Shown piece after piece: positions 22,179 through 33,944 of a DNA stretch of 64,000 nucleotides. The position numbers were made by a program, and so were the translations under genes. The notes beneath the pieces were generated by a model. The model was not told the DNA's origin. It saw only the letters and a list, made by a program, of their open reading frames with translations, and searched no databases. This stretch comes from Malacoraja senta (lineage: Eukaryota): contig JAXLNO010000079.1 of NCBI GenBank assembly GCA_038087875.1, positions 1 to 64,000 of the forward strand, in the 5' to 3' direction. Position 1 is the stretch's first letter. The number at the start of each line of letters is the position of its first letter.

Positions 22179-22319
22179 CTCTGCGGCAACGGAGGTGAAG
22201 AAAATACTTAGTTGAGGTGAATAATATTATGAGAATAGGACCTGTTTCGCTTAACAAAGAGTAGGAAGGAACTGCAAATGGTGGTTTAAACTGAAGATAG
22301 ACACTAAAAGCTGGAATAA

Positions 22320-22770
22320 CTCAGACCCAGATTTGATTCTGACTACGGGTGCTGTCTGTACAGTATTTGTACATTCTCCTTATGACCTCATGGTTTTCTC
22401 TGGATATTCCGGTTTCTCCCACATCCGAAAGAAGTGCAGGTTTGTAGGTTAATTGGCTTCTGTAAATTGTCCCTAGCGTGTAGGATACAACTGGTGTATG
22501 TAGGAGGAGGACTGGACATTTTGGTGCCTTTCCCTCACAGTGGAGAGTGTCGACTCTGCTGTGGGGGGGATGTTCGTGTTGAATCTCTAATTGTGTGTCC
22601 TGTCTTTTTTTTTATTCTACCTTTTTATTTTTCATTTATATGGATAATTCTCTCTGTAAAGCACTTTGGCTTCAGTGATTTGATTGAAAAGTGCTATATA
22701 AATAAACTTACTTACTATGGTAGAATGCTGGTCGGTGTGGACTTGGTGGGCCGAAGGGCCTGTTTCCATA
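22320..22770 (+). mobile_element. V-type SINE interrupted by an L2-tailed insert
   Basis: gggtgctgtctgt...ccggtttctcccacatcc core; insert at about 22500-22715 ends gtaaagcactttg...aataaacttacttac. Confidence 0.55.
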
Positions 22771-23141
22771 TATATGTTTTACATATATATCTTAATTTCA
22801 TTGAACCATATACGGTTGAATATGTGGCATTATTTTCGTCTTGTTTCTATTGTCAAAGAGTAAGGTTGATTGATTTATTTGTGCAGAACAGTGGTGGAAG
22901 TCTGACTCCTCTTGCCTTGTTTCTATGTTTTTGTTTCTCTATATATATGCATAACAGCATGAATTATAATCTGATTTCCATAATATACTAAGGTCATTCA
23001 TGTGCTGCACCTGTTGATCAGAGCCTGGGCTCTACTGTGGAATGTAATTTGTAATGTAATTTAGCCTAACCTTATTCATACCTAATTCAATTTGAAGCAT
23101 AAATGTTGCATTAAAGTGTAAGTTAAAAGACTCGCTACAGT

Positions 23142-23754
23142 ATTTGAGTATAAGAGCAGGGAGGTTCTACTGCAGTTGTACAGGGTCTTGGTGAGACCAC
23201 ATCTGGAGTATTGCGTACAGTTTTGGTCTCCTAATCTGAGGAAAGACATTCTTGCCATAGAGGGAGTACAGAGAAGGTTCACCAGACTGATTCCTGGGAT
23301 GGCAGGACTTTCATATGAAGAAAGACTGGATAGACTCGGCTTGTACTCGCTAGAATTTAGAAGATTGAGGGGGGATCTGATAGGAACGTACAAAATTCTT
23401 AAGGGGTTGGACAGGCTAGATGCAGGAAGATTATTCCCAATGTTGGGGAAGTCCAGAACAAGGGGTCACAGTTTAAGGATAAGGGGGAAGTCTTTTAGGA
23501 CCGAGATGAGAAAAACATTTTTCACACAGAGAGTGGTGAATCTGTGGAATTCTCTGCCACAGAAGATAGTTGAGGCCAGTTCATTGGCTATATTTAAGAG
23601 GGTTAGATGTGGCCCTTGTGGCTAAAGGGATCAGGGGGTATGGAGAGAAGGCAGGTACAGGATACTGAGTTGGATGATCAGCCATGATCATATTGAATGG
23701 CGGTGCAGGCTCGAAGGGCCGAATGGCCTACTCCTGTACCTATTTTCTATGTAT
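23142..23754 (+). mobile_element. 5'-truncated CR1-type LINE
   Basis: [21 protein letters not shown]2 C-terminus and 3' UTR. Confidence 0.9.
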
Positions 23755-24879
23755 GCACCAGATTGCACAATTTCAAGCTGAAAAATGCCAAAGCTCCCTA
23801 CCGTGGGAGGGGGGACACCCCCTCCCCCGCACCCTCCTCCCTCGGTCGCTACGCTCCCTTGCAATTTCTCACTTACAACTCTCACCGATATTGGCAGCCA
23901 TGCAATAGCTCTCCCTGACGTCAGTCTCACCAGTCAAAGTCTCGTCGCTAGGATTGGAGCCGAAACCTGTCCGCCGCTCGTTGCTGGAAGCGTTGTCTGC
24001 CCCGACAGCTCCCAAGAGGGTGTACCTGTTTCCATTTGGCAACAGGTTTCCATTTGGCACAGCCACTAGGGGCTCCAGCACTCCACGGTTACTCCCCTTT
24101 CTCACCGTCACCCACCTTTGCTCTTCCTTTATCCTTGGCATAACAACCTCACTGTAGATCTTGTCCTGGAAACTCTCGTTTTCCAGATGGCCCTGAGGTC
24201 ATCCAGCAGCTTCTCCTGTTGACAGCTCCATCAGCGTCCCCGGTCTTCCCACATCCTGCTCCAACATGCCTGCCATTTCTTCAGAAGACAAAAGTCACAA
24301 TTTCAAACAAGTGTATCCTCCTTGCCTCAACCTCCTCGCCGAATATTGAGCCAAAAACTATCACTTTTCTCACAAAATGGTAGTAATTGATGGGCCGAAT
24401 GGCCTAATTCAACTACAATCACTTATAACCTTATAACATTATATGGAAATGCCTCTATGTAATGCAGTTATTGCCCTGCAGATGGCAGCCTTGCTTTTAA
24501 AATGGCCATAATTGTGCAGGGAAGTGCCTGAAACTAGAAAATATGACATTTAGAATTTCAAGTATTTTACATTACTATATAATTACTATATTACTAGGTA
24601 ATATTATATTACTAAATCTGATATGACAGATTGTCATCAAAAACATGTTTGATGATTTCCTCCAACTCTGGAAAATTTAAAGATTAGAAATGAATAGATG
24701 TGCAAAACTGAATAACAGAAATTAATTTAAAAAAGGCACAAACTGCTTGAGTAACTCAGTGGGTCAGGAAACGTCATCTTTCCATGTTCTCCAGAAATGT
24801 CGCCTGAATACCAATTACTCCAGGGGAGAGATGGAGAGAGAGAGAAAGCAAGAGCTACTTGAAGTTAGAGAAGTCAATA

Positions 24880-25395
24880 TTCCCATCTCCACCCCTTTCC
24901 GCAGAGACCATTCCCTCCGCAACTCCCTGGTTAACTCAGCCCTTACCACCCAAACCACCACCTCCCCAGGTACTTTCCCCTGCTACCACAGGAGATGCAA
25001 CACTTGTCCCTATACCGTCTCCCTCAACTCAATCCAAGGACCCCGACAGTCTTTTCAGGTGAGACAGAGATTCACTTGCACCTCCACCGCTCCCCCCCCC
25101 TTCCTAGCTCTCCGACCAGTCTGACTGTCCCCCTAATTAAATTTGATCTCTGTATACTTCGTTGTCAGCTTCCCCTAGGTAACGATGATGCATTTTACAT
25201 TTTCCTTGATGTCTCGTTTTCATACCCTACACTTCCTTATCTCTGTGTCTCCCTCTCCCCTGACTCTCAGTCTGAAGAAGGCTCGATCCGAAACGTCACC
25301 CATTCCCTCTATCCAGAGCTGCTGCCTGTCTCGCTGAGTTACTCTAGCACTTTGTGTCTATCTCCGGTGTCAACCAGCATCTGCAGTTCCTTCTC
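24880..25395 (+). mobile_element. Penelope-like 3' fragment
   Basis: PFRRDHSLRNSLV...CNTCPY...QSFQVRQRFTC; hammerhead-like motif 25272-25297. Confidence 0.7.
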
Positions 25396-25989
25396 ATAGA
25401 TTGGTTAACGATTCTGCTTATTGTTGTTCTTCCTGACCTCAGAACATTGAGGCTAGTAACAACACATTAACTGCCAGGATGTTAAGAAATCTTTGGTCTA
25501 TAATATTCTAATTCAAACGGTCAACCATTTAGCCTGTTTCATCCAGTGAAAACCTTAACCATTGTCAAGAGTGTTTAATTGTCATAAGCACCAACAACAG
25601 AACAATACAATTCACACGCAGCAGTATAAAAGGCCTGTAAATGCATTAATAATAGGTAACATATAAAAGACAAAAATTAATAATCCTAGTGGTAGTGCAA
25701 AAATGCCCAAAGTCCCCAAAATGTAAACAAGGCAGTCCATTGTTTAGTTAATGTTGTGCAGTGTCCAAGTGCATAATGGTTGTCGGGAAGAAGCTGCTCC
25801 TGAACCTGGACGTTACAGATTTCATACTCCTATACCTTCTACCCAATAGCATGAGTGAGGCAACTGGGATCAGGTAAGCACACGAATAGTGACCGATGTT
25901 AATTGCTGAATACAAAATCCAAACCTGAACATTGATTTAAATTGTCACACATATTTATCCCACCATTATAACCTGTTATAGCTTACTAT

Positions 25990-26420
25990 TATAAATTGGA
26001 GGAACAGCACCTCATATTTCGCTTGGGCAGCTTACACCCCAGCGGCATGAACATTGACTTCTAACTTCAAGTAACCCTTGCTTTCTCTCTCTCTCTCCAT
26101 CCCTCCCCCTTCCCAGTTCTCCGACCAGTCTTACTGTCTCCGACTACATTTTATCTCTATTTGCTTTGTAGTTACCATCTCCCAGCTAACAATGATCTAT
26201 AATACATTTTCCCTAATCTCCATTCCCTTTGTCATATTTTCACATCTTACACTTCCTTATCTATGGATTTCCCTCTCCCCTGACATCAGTCTGATGATGG
26301 GTCTCGACCCAAAATGTCACCCATTCCTTCTCACCAGAGATGCTGCCTGTCCCACTGAGTTACTCCAGCATTTTGAGTCTATCTTTGGTTTAAACCAGCA
26401 TCTGCAGTTCCTTCCTACAC
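25990..26420 (+). mobile_element. Penelope-like 3' fragment
   Basis: KLEEQHLIFRLGSLHPSGMNIDF C-terminus; ctgatga...gggtctcgaccc motif at 26291. Confidence 0.7.
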
Positions 26421-28132
26421 ATTATAAACTGTTTCCTTCTTCACATTTCCAGTTCTCTTGAAGGTGAAGAGTCACCTAGTTGAACTACAGAAATTCCCAT
26501 GGATATTTTATGCAACTCGTGGGTATTTAAAAGTCCATATCTTTCTGAATTGCACTACACAGATCCAGCATCATTTTCCTTTTACTTTCACGCTGCTCTG
26601 TTTTAGTTGTTTTCTTCTATTTACATCCTATCTGAGAGTCCATAAAAACAACAGAACGCAGACCATCATCCTCGACCTCGAGGGATAGCCACGCTGACCA
26701 GGATTTACAAACCTCTACACATTCTCACCACCCACCGAATAAATAAATCAATCTCTTCTGGTCCCCACTCCATCACAGAAATTCATACCTTCCCTCCATC
26801 CCTCTCCTTTTTGCAACTTAAAACATAGTTAACATTTGTTAACACTTTTGATAAAAAGCCACCAACCAGAAAGATTAACTCGGCTCCTTTCCCCACTGCT
26901 TCTGACTGACTTGTGGACTATTTCCAGCACTCCCCGCTTTTACTGAAGATTAATATTCTAGTATTGTAAGCACCACATTCCTATTTTCAGTATTCCCCAA
27001 TTAGACCACCTATATGAAATAAGTTTCATCTGCACAGATATTCAGATTCATTAAATAAAAGCCCAGCCAAGCTTCATCTCCATGCCATGGGGCATCAGAG
27101 AAGGTAACACCATATAGAAAAACTGCCACAGGGTATTAACAATTCTCAGTTCTATGTTGTACAATCATCTATTTATTAGGGTAAGCAAATAAAAAAGGTA
27201 TTAATTTAACAATTAGCAACATGTTCAGCTTAACATAAAAAATACAGTATCAATTCTAGAAAAATTAATTAATAGACAATGTTTCTGCTTGAACTATCCA
27301 TTTTATTGCTTAAATACTTGAAATGAAATGAATATATTTAAGTAGGAATGATGGACAATGGCTGGTGTTGTTGGTCCTAATAGTTAATGACAAATGTGGC
27401 AAAGATAAGATGAAATATAATAGCTGTTCCAATCTAAGGCCATGTTGTCCTTACTGCCAAGAAGCCGTAGGGACCCAATGGATAGGATACCAATTGCAAG
27501 TCAGCCAACTCTGCAAAGTCCTATGAACATAAATTGCAATCTAAAAATCTACCGAACAAGGAGGCTGTGCAGGAGAAGCTAAACAGCCACTGACCTCATC
27601 AGTTTATTGCTTCACTGAGTTCTCAACATCAACCCTGCTTCGTACATTTGGGTTAGTGCTAGGAAAGATCACCTATTTTCCCTATTTCCCAATTTTCTTA
27701 CAACAGAGAAGGAGGTAATTGAATCTATGCCAGCTCTCAGAGCAATCTCACTAATTGTTCTTGCAAACCAAGATGAAACTGAAAATGCTTCAGAAATTTC
27801 TGGGCATAATCCGGGAGACGCAGGATCATTTCATTCCAAAAAGGAAGAAAGATTCTAAGGGGAGTAGGAGGCAACCGTGGCTGACAAGAGAAGTTAGGGA
27901 TAGAATAAAACTAAAAGAAAAGATGTATAACACAGCAAAGAGTAGCCGGAAGCCAGAGGATTGGGAAACTTTCATAGGACAACAGAAGGAAACAAAACGG
28001 GCTGAAAAGATGAAGTACGAGAGGAAGCTGGCCAGGAATATAAAGAAGGACAGTAAAAGCTTCTTTAGATATGTTAAGGGAAAAAGAGTAGCAAAGTCAA
28101 ATGTGGGTCCCTTGAAGGCAGACATGGGTGAA

Positions 28133-29841
28133 ATTTTACTTCGGAGTCGCGTGAGTGATTCCGTGAAGAAGTCCCGCCAGAGCGCATGCGCGTCATTACG
28201 TCTGACGCATTGGCGCACGGACCAGCGGGAGGACAGAGCTCCTCCAGCCGTAAGTAGTTTAAAACTCCAGGTAAGATTTGCGTTAGATTTGTTTTGCTGT
28301 GGTGCCGTGCTCTGGGTTTTCTGTTCCAGGAAGCACCGTGGACGAGACGACCAAGGGGGAGGCGAGCCGCAGGTAAATTGATGGAGAGCCGTGGGAGTGT
28401 GATCTGTGAGCGGCTGCCTCGTACCCCTGCACAGTCGCCGACCGGGAGCGAGGCGACTGCAGACTTGCCGGGCGCAAGGCCACGGACTCAACTGAGTCGG
28501 GCCGGGAGGAGTCCCTTACGGGGCTGGATCCCAAAGGGAGCACCTTATACAGAGGTTGCTCCAGCAAGGCACTCTCCGGGGGAGGAGTTGTGTGGGCGCC
28601 AGGCTGGAGAAGAGCCGCGCCGGCAACACCTAGTAGAGGGCTGCTTGATAGCACCCTCATTGGAGAGGCGAGTGCAGACGGTCAGCTGAGTTCTGACCCC
28701 GACTCTGACGGTGAGTTCGATCCTAGCGAAGAACGGCCGTTGTCAGAGGTCCCATCTCTGGCAGCACGATTTGCTGTCCCGTCAGAGTCTGGAGAGCCAC
28801 TGGGAGATGAGCTGGTATCAGCATAGCGAGTGCAGACTTTACAAAAGCTTCAGCCAGACAGGATGGAAGTGGCTGCAGAGAATGTTATGTTCTATATTTA
28901 CGACCTGCTCAAACAGAGTGGGCCACGTGTGACAGGTTTTTAAAATGGTGTTTTCAGCATATCCTACTGATCCATGTTTATGTGTAAGGACACATTTATT
29001 ACATTATATTGAAGCTACAAGGGCCTTAAGAAATGTGGAAACAGGATTGTTTATCATTTACAAGAAACCACACAAGAGAGTGTCAGAGCAGACTATCTCA
29101 AGGTGGTTAAAGCAAGAGTTGATTCAGGCAGGTTTTTTACACTGACGTGTATACATCTCATTCCACTAGGGCAGCAGCAACGTCGGGGGCCAGGACGATG
29201 GACGTTCCCATCAACCATATTCTCGCAGTCGCCGGGGTGGTCAAATGAATTGTTTTTTCAACATTTTTTTACCATCGGCCGATTGCCGATCGGGGTCTGT
29301 TTGCTAATTCAGTATTAAGTTCTGTTTAAGTTTCCCTGGGATAGAGGGGTTACTGTTTGTTTTGTTTATTCAAATCAATTGTTACTGCATGATATTCAAT
29401 TTCATGTTTAACACATTACTGATTATTTCTCATCCGAAGTCAATCAATGCAGTGAGAAGCCGGGATTTGAATCTGCGGCATAAAATCACAGAGCTTTGAA
29501 CTCTTCACGGAATCACTCACGTGACTCCGAAGTAAAATAGTAAGATTAAACGAGAACTTACCAGTTTGACGTTTGATCTTTATTTTATGAGGAGTTACGT
29601 TGGTGATTACGTGCCCACCACGGCACAACCCTCTCTCTCATAAAGGTCATATGGTAGTTCTCATGTTGCTGATCTTACTATGTTACTTCAAATATTCTGT
29701 TATCTGTGATTTCATACCGCTGCTTTGAAGATTGACGCACAATGCCGCTCGGCGGGACTTCTTCACGTAATCACCAACGTAACTCCTCATAAAATAAAGA
29801 TCAAACTTCAAACTGGTAAGTTCTCATTTAATCTTACTATT
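28133..29841 (+). mobile_element. Internally deleted DIRS1-type element (1.7 kb) with complete termini
   Basis: Left end ATTTTacttcggagtc; ITR pair about 28162-28195 / 29734-29767; ICR about 29502-29613 is the reverse complement of the right-end/left-end junction; YR C-terminal remnants (LFIIYKKPHKRVSEQTISRWLK, HSTRAAATS). Confidence 0.9.
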
Positions 29842-30848
29842 ATTATGGGCAACAAGGAAATGGCAGAAGAGTTGAATAGGTACTTCGGATCTGTTTTCAC
29901 TAAGGAAGACACAAACAATCTCCCAGATGTACTAGAGGACAGAGGATCTAAGGGGGTAGAGGAACTGAAAGAAATTTTCATTAGGCGAGAAATAGTATTG
30001 GGTAGGCTAACGGGGACTGAAGGATGATAAATCCCCTGGGCCTGATGGTCTGCATCCCAGGGTCCTCAGGAAATAGTGGACGCATTGGTGATCATTTTCC
30101 AATGTTCAATAGATTCAGGATCAGTTCCTGTGGATTGGAGGATAGCTAATGTTATCCACTTTTCAAGAAAGGAGCGAGAGAGAAAACGGGGAATTACAGA
30201 CCAGTTAGCCTGACTTCGGTGGTGGGAAAGATGCTGGAGTCAATTATTAAAGAGGTAATAATGGGGCATTTGGATAGCGGTAAAAGGATTAGTCCAAGTC
30301 AACATGGATTTATGAAAGGGGAAATCATGCTTGACTAATCTTCTGGAATTTTTTGAGGATGTGACAAGTAAAGTGGATGAAGGGATGCCAGTGGTAGTAG
30401 AGTATCTAGACTTTCAGAAAGCCTTTGATAAGGTCCCGCACGGGAGACTGGTGACTAAAATTAAAGCACATGGTATAGGGGGTAGGGTGGTTGACATGGA
30501 TAGAAAAATTGGTTGGCAGACCGGAAGCACAGAGTAGGAGTGCATGGGTCCTTTTCAGAATGGCAGGCAGTGGCGAGTGGAGTGCCGCAAGGCTCGGTGT
30601 TGGGGCCGCAACTGTTTACCATATATATTAATGATTTGGAAGAGGGAATTAGGAGCAACACTAGCAAGTTTGCTGATGACACAAAGCTGGGTGGCAGTGT
30701 GAACTGTGAAGAGGATGTTAGGAGGTTGCAGGGTAACCTGGACAGGTTGAGTGAGTGGGCAGAAGTGTGGCAGATACAGTATAATATAGATAAATGTGAG
30801 TTATCCACTTTGGCGGCAAAAACAAGGGGCAGATTATTATCTCAATGG

Positions 30849-31529
30849 GAGGTACACAAAAATGCTGGAGAAACTCAGCGGGTGCAGCAGCATCTATGGA
30901 GCGAAGGAAATAGGCAACGTTTCAGGCCGAACCCCTTCTTCAGACTGATAGGGGGGTGGGGAGAAGAAAGGAAAAAAGGAAAAAAGGCGGAGGAGCCCGA
31001 GGGCTGGGGGAGGGAGCAGCGGATGCAATAGATGAGGTTGGAGGAGATGCAGGTGGACCTCTGTCGCACCTGGAACGACTGCTTAGGTCCTTGAATGGAG
31101 TCGAGGGGGGAGGTGAAGGGACAAAGTGTTGCATCTCTTGCGGTTGCAAGGGAAAGTACCCGCGGGAGGGGGTGGTACGGGAGGGAAGGGAAGGAATTGA
31201 CAAGGGAGTTACGGAGGGAGCGGTCTTTGCGGAAGGCAGACATGGGGGGAGATGGGAAGATGTGGCGAGTGGTGGGGTCACGTTGGAGGTGGCGAAACTG
31301 ACGGAGGATCACTTGTTGTATGTGACGGCTGGTGGGGTGAAAGGTGAGGACTAGGGGGACTCTGCCCTTGTTGTGAGTGGGGGGATGGGGAGAGAGAGCA
31401 GTGTTGCGGGGTATGGCAGAGACCCTGGTGCGAGCCTCATCTATGGTGGAGGTGGGGAACCCCCGTTCCCTGAAGAATGAGGACATTTCGGATGCCCTGG
31501 TGTGGAACGCCTCATCCTGAGAGCAGATG
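30849..31529 (-). mobile_element. Penelope-like fragment with 13-bp TSD
   Basis: Nearly identical to part of the 46-48 kb copy; TSD attatctcaatgg at 30836-30848 and 31545-31557. Confidence 0.85.
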
Positions 31530-33410
31530 ACCTAACCTAACCCCATTATCTCAATGGAGTTAGGTTAGGTAAGGGGGTGGTACAGCGAGACCTGGGTGTC
31601 CTTGTACACCGGTCACTGAAAGTTGGCGTGCAGGTACAGCAGGCAGTGAAGAAAGCTAATGGAATGTTGGCCTTCATAACAAGAGGATTTCAGTATAGGA
31701 AGTTCTTCTGCAGTTGTATAGGGCTCTGGTGAGGCCACATCTGGAGTATTGTGTACAGTTTTGTTCTCCTAATTTGAGGAAGGACATCCTTGTGATTGAG
31801 GCAGTGCAGCGTAGGTTCACGAGATTGATCCCTGGGATGGCGGGACTATCATATGAGGTAAGATTGAAAAGACTAGGCTTGTATTCACTGGAGTTTAGAA
31901 GGATGAGGGGGATCTTATAGAAACATATAAAATTATAAAAAGGACTGGACAAGCTAGATGCCAGAAAAATGTTCCCAATGTTGGGCGAGTCCAGAACCAG
32001 GGGCCACAGTCTTAGAATAAAGGGGAGGTCATTTAAGACTGAGGTGAGAAAAAACTTTTTCACCCAGAGAGTTGTGAATTTATGGAATTCCCTGCCACAG
32101 AGGGCAGTGGAGGCCAAATCACTGGATGAATTTAAGAGAGAGTTAGATAGAGCTAACATGGGGGAGATGGGAAGATGTGGCGAGTGGTGGGGTCACGTTG
32201 GAGGTGGCGAAACTGACGGGAGGATCACTTGTTGTATGTGACGCTGGTGGGGTGAAAGGTGAGGACTAGGGGGACTCTGCCCTTGTTGTGAGTGGGGGGA
32301 TGGGGGAGAGAGAGCAGTGTTGCGGGGTATGGCAGAGACCCTGGTGCGAGCCTCATCTATGGTGGAGGTGGGGAACCCCCGTTCCCTGAAGAATGAGGAC
32401 ATTTCGGATGCCCTGGTTTTGGAACGCCTCATCCTGGGAGCAGATGACCTAACCTAACCCCATTATCTCAATGGAGTTAGGTTAGGTAAGGGGGTGGTAC
32501 AGCGAGACCTGGGTGTCCTTGTACACCGGTCACTGAAAGTTGGCGTGCAGGTACAGCAGGCAGTGAAGAAAGCTAATGGAATGTTGGCCTTCATAACAAG
32601 AGGATTTCAGTATAGGAAGTTCTTCTGCAGTTGTATAGGGCTCTGGTGAGGCCACATCTGGAGTATTGTGTACAGTTTTAGTCTCCTAATTTGAGGAAGG
32701 ACATCCTTGTGATTGAGGCAGTGCAGCGTAGGTTCACGAGATTGATCCCTGGGATGGCGGGACTATCATATGAGGTAAGATTGAAAAGACTAGGCTTGTA
32801 TTCACTGGAGTTTAGAAGGATGAGGGGGGATCTTATAGAAACATATAAAATTATAAAAAGGACTGGACAAGCTAGATGCCAGAAAAATGTTCCCAATGTT
32901 GGCGAGTCCAGAACCAGGGGCCACAGTCTTAGAATAAAGGGGAGGTCATTTAAGACTGAGGTGAGAAAAAACTTTTTCACCCAGAGAGTTGTGAATTTAT
33001 GGAATTCCCTGCCACAGAGGGCAGTGGAGGCCAAATCACTGGATGAATTTAAGAGAGATTAGATAGAGCTCTCGGGGCTAGTGGAGTCAAGGGATATGGG
33101 GAGAAGGCAGGCACGGGTTATTGATAGGGGACGATCAGCATGATCACAATGAATGGCGGTGCTGGCTCGAAGGGCCAAATGGCCTCCTCCTGCACCTATT
33201 TTCTATGTTTCTATGTTTCTAAATGATCTGTGGTTTTAATTCTGATAGTTGACCTCAACACTATTGAATCTGAGAATCAAAGAAGAAAGCAGCCAACTGG
33301 TATAGAACACAATCAAGGCAACTAACTAGGCACATGCTTTCATGAGGAAACACCTAGTGTGCTATTTCCCAGTGTTGAGGAGTCTAAAGCTGAAAGGGAT
33401 AGATTTTATG

Positions 33411-33613
33411 TTTAAGAAAGAACTGCAGATGCTGGAAAAATCGAAGGTAGACAAAATGCTTGAGGTATTCAGCGGGTGAGGCAGCATCTATGGAGAGAAG
33501 GAATAGGCAATGTTTCGGGTCTGAAGAAGGGTCTCGACCCGAAACTTCGCCCTTTCCTTCTCTCCATAGATGCTGCCTCACCCGCTGAGTTCCTCCAGCA
33601 TTTTGTCTGCCTT
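33411..33613. mobile_element. Fold-back (inverted dimer) Penelope-terminus element centred on a hammerhead motif
   Basis: Left arm ...cagcgggtgaggcagcatctatggagagaagg and right arm ccttctctccatagatgctgcctcacccgctg are reverse complements; ctgaaga-a-gggtctcgaccc-gaaac 33521-33545; flanking repeat gggatagat at 33396 and 33614. Confidence 0.8.
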
Positions 33614-33944
33614 GGGATAGATGTATGGTCAGTGGGGAAAGATTTAGTGGATAAGTGAATTATTCATTTCACACAGAGGCTGGCGAGTATGTGGAATGAG
33701 TGACCTGAGGAAAGGTACAGGTGGGGACATTACAATGTTTAAAGGATATTGGGCAGGTACATAGATGGGAATGGTTTAGAGGGTGTGGGCCAAATATAGG
33801 TAAATGATATTAGCTTGGCTAAGCCACTTGGGATGGACGAGTGCTGCATGACTCTTTGGCCTCATATTGGCTGAATGGTGGCATGCGAACCGTGATCCTA
33901 ACAGGTCTACGACAATACCTATCTCAATGAAGACCAGTTACCAT

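Larger units (their letters stand above)
27795..33220 (+). mobile_element. CR1-type LINE ORF2, interrupted by DIRS (28133-29841) and Penelope (30849-31529), with a 915-bp tandem duplication
   Basis: ORF2 continues across the inserts (MGEI|IMGNKEM; YYLNG|VRLG); 3' tail ttctatgtttctatgtttcta. Confidence 0.85.

Noticed and set aside
23755..23902. GC-rich segment resembling a MITE or hAT end
   Set aside because: Only one candidate terminus and no TSD, so no element call is supportable
27826..28491. 221-aa minus-strand ORF, and similar antisense ORFs over LINEs
   Set aside because: Antisense shadow frames of CR1 and DIRS sequence with no independent protein features
31530..31570. ttagg-like repeats as an interstitial telomere
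   Set aside because: Part of the CR1 coding sequence (GVRLG) plus its inverted copy, not a TTAGGG array
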